The notes under the pieces are model-generated. The model saw only the letters and a program-made list of their open reading frames with translations. It ran no database searches and was not told the origin of the DNA. From positions 18,015 to 82,014 of the forward strand of contig CAYWHP010000001.1 in NCBI GenBank assembly GCA_964457845.1: 64,000 nucleotides of DNA, read 5' to 3'. The stretch comes from an uncultured Porphyromonadaceae bacterium. Lineage in GTDB: Bacteria > Bacteroidota > Bacteroidia > Bacteroidales > UBA12481. A program made the translations under genes and the position numbers. Positions 10,430 to 19,293 of the stretch are shown one piece after another. The number at the start of each line of letters is the position of its first letter. The stretch's first letter is position 1.

Positions 10430-11893
10430 CTATCTTCTGAAAAGGTCATTGGCCCTGGAGCCGAAGCCGCCGTCAAAACTATTCTTGTCATAATTCATTA
10501 TAGTTCCGGTTCTTCCCTGCAGGTCATACTGCCAGTATGGGTTGTATATCTCGCCGCGGGCATCCGAATGGATCAGCATATATTCGGTTCCAACGAGATT
10601 TGGATTCGCAAAAATAAACCGCTTGTCGTTCTGATTAACCGGAAGGTGAAAGTACTGCCAGATTATATAGGGTACCGCATTAGGTTCATGTTTACTATCC
10701 TCTGCCTGGTCGGGGGCACCGTATTTGAGCCAAACGCGCCCCATGTCCGTTTCAAAACCATGTTTGATTCGTGTCTTATAGGCAGCCTCCATCATCATAA
10801 CCTGGTCCCGGTATCGGCTCCATTCTGCCGCGGGGTTTTTATCGTTTCTGATTTTCCAGAAATTGAAGAGATATTTCTGCATCTGCTTTACATCGCCAGT
10901 CTGGGTCATGTTTCTGGCAAACTGGATCTCCATCATGCCTGAAATCGGGGCCAGGCTGAGCAGATAAAATTTCAGGGAATCGGCTGATGTGATTTTCTCA
11001 GCAAACGTCGATGTAACATCCACACCGGCAATATCGGACAGATTCATCTGCATGCCCGGATTGCTGCGCTGGAACCAAACCTTGTTGAGCAGGACAACCT
11101 CGTTATTACGGTCCCTCGCTTCCACCACCAGGTTGTAATTGCCGCTGGGCAGTTCGGTAATGGGAATTGAGACCAGTATGGGATTTACGCCGGAAGCTTT
11201 CTGTTTCTGGAATTTCGCGAAATCACTCAGTGAAAAACTGGTTTCAAAGGATTCAAGATAGTAGCGGTAGAGAAAATCCTGCCCTTCGCCGAGCTTCTGG
11301 TCGAGATTGTAAAGCTCTGTGTAAAATGTAAGTGTATTAATTGTGGCCGGGTAAAAATCTCCGACATACGGGACCAGATCGAAACCGCTTTTCGAAAGCA
11401 TGTTTTCTGATTTCGTTGCGGTAAACGATTCAACAAATTGGAAATCACTGAATTTCAGACTTGTTTTGTTGTATTCCATGGCCAGGACTTTCGAAAGTTC
11501 GATCGGCACTTCCTTGGAATGATTATCCTTTAGCGAAAGCTCCAGCTGGTAAACGCCAAACGGCAGCGAAATGCGTTGCTGGTCGATGAAGTGATTTTGT
11601 CCTTTTGAAGTATCCTGTACTTCGGCGCTAAGGAGATTGTATTTGCGGAAATCAACGATTTTATCATCCTTCTTGAACAAAATGGTGACTTCCAGCGATG
11701 CCTGAAATGTGCCCCTCGGGGTTTTGATGAACTCCGCTGAAGGCCCGAAGATCTTCAGGTAGGTTTCAACATAAGGTCCTTCGGCCGGACTAAAAAAGCT
11801 GGCGGTGTGGAATAGAGCCTGAAGTTCCTTGGCGTTTGCCTGGGGTATCCATGAGATCATCAGACAGGCCCAGATGAGTAAGAATTTCTTCAT
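10430..11893 (-). CDS. GWxTD domain-containing protein
   Basis: 487 aa with a signal peptide. The C-terminal block GFETDMGRVWLKYGAPDQ matches the GWxTD domain signature (Gx.TD.G..y..yG.Pd). Confidence 0.65.
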   Translation of the reverse strand: MKKFLLIWACLMISWIPQANAKELQALFHTASFFSPAEGPYVETYLKIFGPSAEFIKTPRGTFQASLEVTILFKKDDKIVDFRKYNLLSAEVQDTSKGQNHFIDQQRISLPFGVYQLELSLKDNHSKEVPIELSKVLAMEYNKTSLKFSDFQFVESFTATKSENMLSKSGFDLVPYVGDFYPATINTLTFYTELYNLDQKLGEGQDFLYRYYLESFETSFSLSDFAKFQKQKASGVNPILVSIPITELPSGNYNLVVEARDRNNEVVLLNKVWFQRSNPGMQMNLSDIAGVDVTSTFAEKITSADSLKFYLLSLAPISGMMEIQFARNMTQTGDVKQMQKYLFNFWKIRNDKNPAAEWSRYRDQVMMMEAAYKTRIKHGFETDMGRVWLKYGAPDQAEDSKHEPNAVPYIIWQYFHLPVNQNDKRFIFANPNLVGTEYMLIHSDARGEIYNPYWQYDLQGRTGTIMNYDKNSFDGGFGSRANDLFRR

Positions 11894-11919
11894 GATTGCA
11901 GATTTTGAGTGTTACTGTA

Positions 11920-12663
11920 TTATGGTACGGTTTGGAAGTAGGGGTCACGTGTTTTATCCATCCGGTTGGAAGTGGGGTCGAAAACTCCCTTTTCACCTGC
12001 CACCAGTCCCATTCGGAAGGAGTTCTTATCGAGTGTTTCACTGTTGTAGAAGAGCACCTTACCTGATCTGACGGTAACCGCTATCTCATCTTTGCCGGCA
12101 GGGGCTGTTACGGCGAAACGGGTGCCGGTAACCTTGATTTTAGCAAGCCCGGCGATAACGGTAAAGGGGTTTTCAGCATCGGAAGTGACATCGAAATAGG
12201 CTTCACCCCTTAGCCTGACAGTACGGCTGCCTTTAAGAAACTCACCGCCGTAAACCAACATGGAACCGGGTCCGAGATCTACCTGCGTGCCATCGGGCAA
12301 CAGCACTGAGCGGGTCACCTCTTCACGGTTCCGGATTGTATGATTGTCAGCATTTAATATCCAGAGTAAGGCTGAACCGGCAGCCAGCACCAGGATCGCA
12401 GCAATACGTGCGATTTGCATGGCAACTTTTTTGCGGGTTGAACCGATGGCCGGCCGATCCGTCATTTTCTGACTGACTAATTCCCACGCTGCCTGATTGG
12501 CCTTGATTTCGACATCGGAACCTGCGGAATTGAAAAACCGGCGAAGAGTATCCAGTCTTTCGCGATGACCGGGATCTTCTGTCAGCCAGGATTCGATCCT
12601 CCGGGATTCCACGGGGCGGGCTTCGCCGCTCAGGTATCGGAAAAGTAATTCATCGGTGATCAT
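11920..12663 (-). CDS. FecR family anti-sigma factor
   Basis: 247 aa with a cytoplasmic N-terminus, a single TM helix (IARIAAILVLAAGSALLWIL), and a periplasmic FecR-like block including IKVTGTRFAV. It lies directly downstream of an ECF sigma gene. Confidence 0.8.
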   Translation of the reverse strand: MITDELLFRYLSGEARPVESRRIESWLTEDPGHRERLDTLRRFFNSAGSDVEIKANQAAWELVSQKMTDRPAIGSTRKKVAMQIARIAAILVLAAGSALLWILNADNHTIRNREEVTRSVLLPDGTQVDLGPGSMLVYGGEFLKGSRTVRLRGEAYFDVTSDAENPFTVIAGLAKIKVTGTRFAVTAPAGKDEIAVTVRSGKVLFYNSETLDKNSFRMGLVAGEKGVFDPTSNRMDKTRDPYFQTVP

Positions 12664-12714
12664 GGCTTGTTTTTTTCAGTAAGACACACCAATCACCGAA
12701 AACCCCCAATTCAA

Positions 12715-13257
12715 TCAGCGGATTTTTGAAAGTTTTTTGCGCAGGATTTTTTTTGCCCGGGCGAGATGGTTTTCTACTGTTTTTTCATTCAGGCCGAGGG
12801 ACCGCGCAATTTCAGCCGTTTTCTCATCATTGATGACGGCTCTCGTGAAGACCTCCCTGCACTGGGGTGGAAGCAGGCTGATCTGGGTTTCAATAATTTT
12901 CAATTGCAATGGGTCGAGCCGGTCGGTTGGGGCAGGGTAAGCGAACCAACGCCATATTTCCTGCGGATTGGTTGCGTAGAGTTCCCTGATCCGGCGCGCG
13001 CGGATCCAGTTTAGTCCCCGGTGGTAGACGGCAGAAAAGAGATATGTTTTAACGGTACCCCGTATCTCCAGAGTGTTCTGCTTTTCCCAGAGTTCAAGGA
13101 AAAGGTCCTGTACGATTTCGCGTGATGCCTCCGAATCACCTGTGAGCGAAGTTGCGTATCGGGTGAGGCTTCCGGAATATGACCGGTATAGGAGTTCGAA
13201 AACCTCCTTTTTGCCCTGTTTAAGGCCTGTTTTCAGGATGGTTTCATCCGGGTTCAA
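12715..13257 (-). CDS. RNA polymerase ECF-type sigma-70 factor
   Basis: 180 aa with sigma region 2 (IVQDLFLELWEK, YLFSAVYHRGLNWIR) and a region 4 HTH (TAEIARSLGLNEKTVENHLARAKK). The only available start is a TTG that overlaps the upstream stop (TTGA). Confidence 0.85.
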   Translation of the reverse strand: MNPDETILKTGLKQGKKEVFELLYRSYSGSLTRYATSLTGDSEASREIVQDLFLELWEKQNTLEIRGTVKTYLFSAVYHRGLNWIRARRIRELYATNPQEIWRWFAYPAPTDRLDPLQLKIIETQISLLPPQCREVFTRAVINDEKTAEIARSLGLNEKTVENHLARAKKILRKKLSKIR

Positions 13258-14051
13258 TGCTTGGGGAAGTGCTTTTTAAGAACATCAAGAAACTCATTGC
13301 TGATCAGGCCGTTGGTGGCCGCATAGGTTTGCCCGAACAGAAAATCATCACCGCCATGAAAATCGCTGACAGATCCGCCGGCCTGCCTGATAATCAGCGT
13401 GCCGGCGGCTACATCCCACGGCTTAAGGTGATACTCCCAGAAGGCATCATACCGACCGCAGGCAACATAGGCAAGATCGATTGCGGCCGACCCCAGGCGC
13501 CTGATTCCGTGCGTGCAGGCCATAAATTCCCGGAATGAACCCATGTAGGCGTCAAGCATGCTGAAATCAGAATAGGGGAAACCGGTTGCCACCAGCGCAT
13601 CCGACAGGCGGGGACGATTGCTGACATGAATCGTGCGGCCGTTCAGTTCAGCTGGGCCTCCCTTCCAGGCAGCAAAACACTCCTGCAGTACCGGCTCGTG
13701 AATTACCCCGGAAACCAGCTCTTCGTTTTCCATCAAAGCAATGCTGATGCTGAACGGACTTACACCATGGATGAAGTTGGTGGTGCCATCAATGGGATCA
13801 ACTATCCAGTTGTAAACCTTGCCCCGGTTGGTGTAGGTACCTTCTTCGGCGATAAAGCCAGCCTCCGGAAGGATCAGGCGCAATCCGTCGAGCAGCAGCT
13901 TTTCACACTGCTTGTCGGCCTCGGTTACAAAGTCCATCCGTCCTTTGGTTTCGATCATTCCCTCATTCATCTTCCCGGTGAGATCCTTAAGGAACAGGCC
14001 TGTATCCTTTGCCAGTGTTATTACAGATTGAGTTATTTCGTTGTAATTCAT
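13254..14051 (-). CDS. inositol monophosphatase family protein (SuhB-like)
   Basis: 265 aa with IMPase motifs WIVDPIDGTTNF and DFVTEADK. Confidence 0.85.
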   Translation of the reverse strand: MNYNEITQSVITLAKDTGLFLKDLTGKMNEGMIETKGRMDFVTEADKQCEKLLLDGLRLILPEAGFIAEEGTYTNRGKVYNWIVDPIDGTTNFIHGVSPFSISIALMENEELVSGVIHEPVLQECFAAWKGGPAELNGRTIHVSNRPRLSDALVATGFPYSDFSMLDAYMGSFREFMACTHGIRRLGSAAIDLAYVACGRYDAFWEYHLKPWDVAAGTLIIRQAGGSVSDFHGGDDFLFGQTYAATNGLISNEFLDVLKKHFPKH

Positions 14052-14080
14052 TCTGATATGGTTTTTACGTGGTGGTGCCT

Positions 14081-15388
14081 TCAGGCAATATTACCGGAAC
14101 CGATCAAACGGGCATGAACAACTCCGCCGGCAGCCGGTCCGGTTAACAGGACCTTGCCCGGCAGATGCAGGAATCCCGGGTCAACCGCGACGGCCACTTC
14201 TACATAGTTTTCGGTAAAACCGTTCATCAGGCCTCCCGGTCGCTCCTGTTCAAATATCGCGGTTAGCTCCCTTCCGGTTTGGGAAAGGTAAAAAGTTTCC
14301 CGGAGTTCATCGCCTATCGCATGCAGCAACCGGCTCCGCTCGTCGCGTATGCGATTTGGAACCTTTCCAGGCATCAGGGCCGCCGGCGTTCCCGGCCGCT
14401 CCGAATAGGTAAATACATGAAGGTAGGAGAGGGGTTGATTCCGGATAAATGCCACAGCATCAGCGAAGTCCTCATTGGTTTCGCCGGGGAAACCAACTAT
14501 CACATCGGCACCGATGCAGGCATTGGGCATGGCTGATTTTATTCTTCCGACGCGGTCGGCGAACACGTCGGTAAGGTAGCGCCTCTTCATAAGTTTCAGA
14601 ATCCGGTCGGAACCCGATTGCAGGGGAATGTGGAAATGCGGCGCAAAACGGACCGATCCGGCGACAAAATTAATCAGCTCACCGGTAATCAGATTTGGCT
14701 CAATCGAGGAAATGCGGAAGCGAAGAATTCCTTCTGTTTCATCGAGAGCCTTAGCGAGATCGGTGAAGGATTCCCCTGTCGTTTTCCCGAAATCACCGAT
14801 GTTGACCCCGGTGAGTACGATCTCCTTCAATCCCTTTTCCGCCAGGCCGCGGGCCTGTTCGGTAAGCAGGCTGATTTCAGGATTCCTGCTGTGCCCGCGT
14901 GCCTTGGGTATGGTGCAATACGTGCAGGGATAATCGCAGCCATCCTGAACTTTCAGGAAGGCGCGCGTGCGTTCGGCGGTCGAATGGGCCGGAAAAAATT
15001 TCTGGTCTTCGATGATTTCGCAGCTATGTATTTCTGCATGCTCCTTTTTTCGGGTATCGTCGAGATACTTTATCAGGTCGAACTTGTCATTGGTTCCGAG
15101 AACAAGATCCACGCCCTGCCAGGAAGCAACCTCTTCGGGCTTGAGTTGCGCGTAGCAGCCCATCGCCACGATGAAACCGCCCGGTGAGATCTGCAACGCC
15201 TTATGGACCGCCTGTTTGGTTTTTCGGTCGGCCGATCCGGTTACACTGCAGCTGTGGATAACCGTAACATCCGCAGGGGAACCGAACGGTACTCGTTCGT
15301 ACCCGGATTCCTCAAGCTGGCGTCCGATTTCACTGGTTTCCGAAAAGTTCAGCTTACAGCCGAGCGTGTGGAAGGCGACTTTTTTCAA
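14081..15388 (-). CDS. mtaB: tRNA (N6-threonylcarbamoyladenosine37-C2)-methylthiotransferase MtaB
   Basis: 435 aa with an N-terminal MTTase domain (VAFHTLGCKLN) and the radical-SAM cluster motif GCDYPCTYCTIP. It uses a TTG start, because an in-frame TAA lies two codons upstream. Confidence 0.85.
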   Translation of the reverse strand: MKKVAFHTLGCKLNFSETSEIGRQLEESGYERVPFGSPADVTVIHSCSVTGSADRKTKQAVHKALQISPGGFIVAMGCYAQLKPEEVASWQGVDLVLGTNDKFDLIKYLDDTRKKEHAEIHSCEIIEDQKFFPAHSTAERTRAFLKVQDGCDYPCTYCTIPKARGHSRNPEISLLTEQARGLAEKGLKEIVLTGVNIGDFGKTTGESFTDLAKALDETEGILRFRISSIEPNLITGELINFVAGSVRFAPHFHIPLQSGSDRILKLMKRRYLTDVFADRVGRIKSAMPNACIGADVIVGFPGETNEDFADAVAFIRNQPLSYLHVFTYSERPGTPAALMPGKVPNRIRDERSRLLHAIGDELRETFYLSQTGRELTAIFEQERPGGLMNGFTENYVEVAVAVDPGFLHLPGKVLLTGPAAGGVVHARLIGSGNIA

Positions 15389-15404
15389 TTTTTATTTCGG
15401 AATG

Positions 15405-16730
15405 TTAGAGCAGATTGCTGGCGAGTTCGGCCAGATGGCTTCTTTCGCCGTGTACAAGGTTAACATGGGCAAAAACATCCTGCCCCTTAAGGCGGTCGGT
15501 TAAATACGAGAGGCCGTTTGATTTCAGATCAAGATACGGAGAGTCGATCTGATGGATATCTCCTGTAAAGACGATTTTTGTTCCTTCGCCAGCCCTCGTG
15601 ATAATTGTTTTCACCTCATGGGGGGTCAGGTTCTGCGCTTCATCGACTATAAAAAATACCTTGCTCAGGCTGCGTCCACGGATGTAGGCCAGGGGAGTTA
15701 TGATAAGCTTCTCTTCTGCGAGCAGCTGGTCGATTTTCAGGAACTCTTTACTTCGTGCGTCGAACTGGTGCCGGATAACGGATAGGTTATCGTAAAGCGG
15801 CTGCATGTAGGGTTCGATTTTTTCCTGCGCATCCCCCGGCAGATATCCGATATCTTTATTCCCAAGCGGAATGATCGGACGGGCAAGGTAAATCTGCAGG
15901 TAATCACGTCGTTGCTGAAGCGCGGCAGCCAGCGCCAGCAGGGTTTTGCCGGTGCCGGCCTTTCCGGTAAGACTTACCAGGTTGATGTCGGGACGGAGCA
16001 GGGCGTCGAGGGTAATTGTCTGTTCAGCGTTCCGGGGTTCAATTCCATAACACTTTTGCTTCTGTACCACGTGAAGGGCACTGGTACGGATATCAAACAT
16101 GGCCAGGGCGGTCGACTGGTTCCCTTTCAGCACCATATACTGGTTCGACATAGGGTCCATTCCGAGGTTAAACTCCTCAACCGAGACCCCTTCGGAGGAG
16201 CCGTAAAGCCGGGCAATTACCTCATCGTTCTGATTCTCGATAGTTGGAATTCCTTCGTACAGGTACTCTATATTGGTAACCTGACCAGCCTTGTAGTCCT
16301 GTGCGGTAAGCCCAAGAGCCTTGGCCTTGATCCGAAGGTTGATGTCCTTGGTTACCAGGATCACCTGCCTGTCCGGATTCCGGTTGCGGATATAGTCGGC
16401 GATGGCCAGAATCCGGTGGTCGGCGATCTTTTCTTCGAACGATTCCTCCATCTCACGTGAAAAGGGTTTCCCTGTTTCGATGAAAAGCCTGCCCAGTCCT
16501 TTGCCCAGACTGATCCCTTCGGTGAACAACGCTTCACCGGCAAGCTCGTCGAGCTCCCTGACAAATTCCCTGGCCTGGAAATTTATCTGGTCGTTGCCCT
16601 TCTTAAATTTGTCGAGTTCTTCCAGAACCGTGATCGGCAATATGATATCATGTTCCTGAAACTGGTAAATGCATTTGTAATCGTGAAGCAACACATTAGT
16701 ATCCAGTACAAAGATTTTCTTCTGATTCAT
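15405..16730 (-). CDS. PhoH family ATPase with N-terminal PIN domain (YlaK-like)
   Basis: 441 aa with a PIN-like N-terminus (IFVLDTNVLLHD) and a Walker A motif (GKAGTGKTLLALA), followed by the DEAQN box (FIVDEAQNLT). Confidence 0.85.
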   Translation of the reverse strand: MNQKKIFVLDTNVLLHDYKCIYQFQEHDIILPITVLEELDKFKKGNDQINFQAREFVRELDELAGEALFTEGISLGKGLGRLFIETGKPFSREMEESFEEKIADHRILAIADYIRNRNPDRQVILVTKDINLRIKAKALGLTAQDYKAGQVTNIEYLYEGIPTIENQNDEVIARLYGSSEGVSVEEFNLGMDPMSNQYMVLKGNQSTALAMFDIRTSALHVVQKQKCYGIEPRNAEQTITLDALLRPDINLVSLTGKAGTGKTLLALAAALQQRRDYLQIYLARPIIPLGNKDIGYLPGDAQEKIEPYMQPLYDNLSVIRHQFDARSKEFLKIDQLLAEEKLIITPLAYIRGRSLSKVFFIVDEAQNLTPHEVKTIITRAGEGTKIVFTGDIHQIDSPYLDLKSNGLSYLTDRLKGQDVFAHVNLVHGERSHLAELASNLL

Positions 16731-16777
16731 CTTGTTGTTGGCCTTGTTTAAGGTTAAATATAGTAAAATTGCAAACC

Positions 16778-18067
16778 ATGAACTACCAGGAGACCACAGA
16801 TTGGCTTTTTTCTCAGCTTCCCATGTATCACCGGGTTGGCAAATCGGCCTATAAGGCTGATCTGGATAACTCCAGGTTGCTCGACAAACATTTCGGGTTT
16901 CCCCATAGGAATTTTTTCAGCATTCATGTGGCAGGGACCAATGGTAAGGGTTCGGTTTCGAACATGCTTGCAGCAGTATTGCAGCGTGCAGGATACCGCG
17001 TAGGCCTCTATACATCCCCGCACCTGACCGATTTTCGGGAACGGATCCGGATAAACGGAGAGATGATTCCGAAGAAGGAGGTTGTTGCATTTGTAGAGGA
17101 GAACAAAAAACTGTTTGAAGAGTTGCAGCCTTCTTTTTTCGAGGTAACGGTGGCCATGGCCTTTGATTATTTTTCAAGGCAGGATATTGAAGTGGCAGTT
17201 GTGGAGGTCGGATTGGGTGGCAGGCTGGATTCAACCAATATCATCGATCCGGTTTTATCAGTGATCACCAATATCAGTTTCGACCACATGGACCTGCTGG
17301 GGGATACCCTGGAAAAGATTGCCATTGAAAAAGCCGGTATCATTAAACCGGGAATACCCGTTGTTATAGGGGATAAAAACCGGGATACCCGTGCGGTATT
17401 CGAAGAACGGGCAAAGGCACTGGGGGCCGGAATCTTTTTTGCGAATGACTATTTTCAGGTTCCCTGTTCGATCATCTCAGCCGAGAATCGTCAGTATTTC
17501 CAGGTTCTAAAAGGCCGTAACCAGGTATATCCCGAGCTTTTCAGCGACCAGCTCGGCTTCGTTCAGCGCAAGAATCTTCCGGTTGTGCTGGAGGTGCTGG
17601 AATTACTGAAGATGAAGGATTGGCATATCACCGACGATGATATATACACCGGTCTTGCCGCTGTTGGTAAAATCACCGGATTTCGCGGTCGCTGGGATAT
17701 CATCGGTGAGCACCCCCGCACGATTGCCGACACCGGTCATAATATTGATGGAATCCGGCAGGTGGTTTACCAGATTGCCGGCACCCGATGCACGAATCTG
17801 CATATCGTTTATGGTGCCGTCAATGACAAGGAGATCGACAAGATTCTGCAGGTGTTGCCCAAAGAGGCACGTTATTATTTTACGCAGGCCGATATTCCGA
17901 GAGCCCTCGACGTTAAAGTTCTTGCGGCCAAGGCGGCATTTTACGGATTAACGGGCACCATACATGCAAAGGTTTCAGAAGCTGTTGCCATTGCGCGGAA
18001 AAAGGCCGGGCCCGACGATCTGGTGGTGGTAACCGGCAGCACCTATGTTGTGGCTGAGGCCATCTGA
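16778..18067 (+). CDS. folC: bifunctional folylpolyglutamate synthase / dihydrofolate synthase
   Basis: ATG at 16778; the track start at 16769 is a TTG. It has a Mur-ligase-type P-loop (HVAGTNGKGSV) and the SPHL motif. Confidence 0.85.
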   Translation: MNYQETTDWLFSQLPMYHRVGKSAYKADLDNSRLLDKHFGFPHRNFFSIHVAGTNGKGSVSNMLAAVLQRAGYRVGLYTSPHLTDFRERIRINGEMIPKKEVVAFVEENKKLFEELQPSFFEVTVAMAFDYFSRQDIEVAVVEVGLGGRLDSTNIIDPVLSVITNISFDHMDLLGDTLEKIAIEKAGIIKPGIPVVIGDKNRDTRAVFEERAKALGAGIFFANDYFQVPCSIISAENRQYFQVLKGRNQVYPELFSDQLGFVQRKNLPVVLEVLELLKMKDWHITDDDIYTGLAAVGKITGFRGRWDIIGEHPRTIADTGHNIDGIRQVVYQIAGTRCTNLHIVYGAVNDKEIDKILQVLPKEARYYFTQADIPRALDVKVLAAKAAFYGLTGTIHAKVSEAVAIARKKAGPDDLVVVTGSTYVVAEAI

Positions 18068-18097
18068 ATAATTTGACACAGGTTTTTTTAAAATCGC

Positions 18098-18127
18098 TTG
18101 CAGGCTTCCGAAATCGGTATATCTTTG
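18098..18127 (+). promoter_or_regulatory. candidate promoter of tRNA-Val (-33 TTG, -7 TATCTTTG)
   Basis: TTG at 18098-18100 and TATCTTTG at 18120-18127, with a 19 nt spacer. The tRNA 5' end is 10 nt downstream. Confidence 0.5.
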
Positions 18128-18137
18128 CACCGCTTTT

Positions 18138-18212
18138 GGGTGCTTAGCTCAGCTGGTTCAGAGCATCTGCCTTACAAGCAGAGGGTCACTGGTTCGAATC
18201 CAGTAGCGCCCA
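18138..18212 (+). tRNA. tRNA-Val (anticodon TAC)
   Basis: A 75 nt cloverleaf folded by hand: acceptor GGGTGCT/AGCGCCC, D arm GCTC..GAGC, anticodon stem TCTGC/GCAGA with loop CTTACAA, and T arm ACTGG-TTCGAAT-CCAGT. Confidence 0.95.
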
Positions 18213-18220
18213 CGAAAAAA

Positions 18221-18258
18221 AGCGGTTACTTTAAATAAAGAGTAACCGCTTTTCTTTT
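18221..18258. terminator. bidirectional rho-independent terminator
   Basis: A perfect 10 bp stem (AGCGGTTACT / AGTAACCGCT) with a 10 nt loop. An A-run upstream and TTTCTTTT downstream flank it. It sits between tRNA-Val (+) and the convergent CPBP gene (-). Confidence 0.7.
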
Positions 18259-18277
18259 ATAACCGTCTCTGAACGCT

Positions 18278-19237
18278 CTACTCAATTTCCTGTCGTTTTT
18301 TGTTTTCATTTACCAGGTAAGGGGAAAGATGTTTCCCTATTCGGTTGAGCATAATTTTATCCCTGCTTACAAAAACATCATAAATGAACAGTCCGGCCAA
18401 AAATACCGTTACTGCAAGAATCCCGGCCAAACCAGCCATTCCGGTTGTCAGGTCATTGCCTCCGTTCGTAAGCATCACCGAGATTCCGGCGGTGGCATTC
18501 ATGGTTCCATGCATGATCGCTGCTGCAATAACTGATCTGGATTTCAAGGTGATGTAAAGAAAAAGCGAACCCAGGAGGATGCTCAGAATGATCATCATGA
18601 ATACGCCGATCTGCGGATGCTGGGGGTAATTATGCCCCATCAGTATCAAAGGAGCATGCCAAGTGCCCCAGATAAAACCAATAATGATTGTGGCTTTTAG
18701 GAAACTCATATCTCTTAATTCGTAAACCAGAAATCCTCGCCAGCCCAATTCTTCGCCGAATGCTGCAACAGCATTTACGGTTGCTCCGGCGACTAAGCCT
18801 TGTAAAAGGATTAACACGATCGGATTCATCGGAAGATTCTCGATTGAATCCTTTATCTGCTTTAATTGTTCAGGCGTCATCATAGGTTCGATCCGTTTTA
18901 TCAGGCCCGACATTTCCGGATTGAAGGTAACGTCGGGGAACAGAAGGCTAATGCCAAGCGCGGAGAAGCTGATCAGAGGCATTAACAGCCACGCGGCAAA
19001 GAACCATCTGTTGATCCTGAAGGATATCCGTAAATCGGAGGCCACTCTTTCGTGGAAAATCAACTTTTTAACGATGATTGCTGACAGGGCAGGTATAAAC
19101 ATGTAGGCAGCACCTAACAGGGTAAAAGCAATTTTGTCGTGATAGTCGAATCCAGCTATTTTATATATGGCTGCTATCGAATAGCTTATGCCAAAAGTAA
19201 AGGCTATGAACAAAGTGGTTCTGTTGATGGTTTTCAT
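18278..19237 (-). CDS. CPBP family intramembrane glutamic endopeptidase (CAAX protease/Abi family)
   Basis: 319 aa and polytopic. Motif 1 is EELGWRGFL, followed by a downstream FIWGTWH and the MHGTMN motif. Confidence 0.8.
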   Translation of the reverse strand: MKTINRTTLFIAFTFGISYSIAAIYKIAGFDYHDKIAFTLLGAAYMFIPALSAIIVKKLIFHERVASDLRISFRINRWFFAAWLLMPLISFSALGISLLFPDVTFNPEMSGLIKRIEPMMTPEQLKQIKDSIENLPMNPIVLILLQGLVAGATVNAVAAFGEELGWRGFLVYELRDMSFLKATIIIGFIWGTWHAPLILMGHNYPQHPQIGVFMMIILSILLGSLFLYITLKSRSVIAAAIMHGTMNATAGISVMLTNGGNDLTTGMAGLAGILAVTVFLAGLFIYDVFVSRDKIMLNRIGKHLSPYLVNENKKRQEIE

Positions 19238-19293
19238 AGATGGGGTTTTAAGTCATAGTTTTAGGGAACGGTGTTTGGCTTGCAGCAGGTGTT

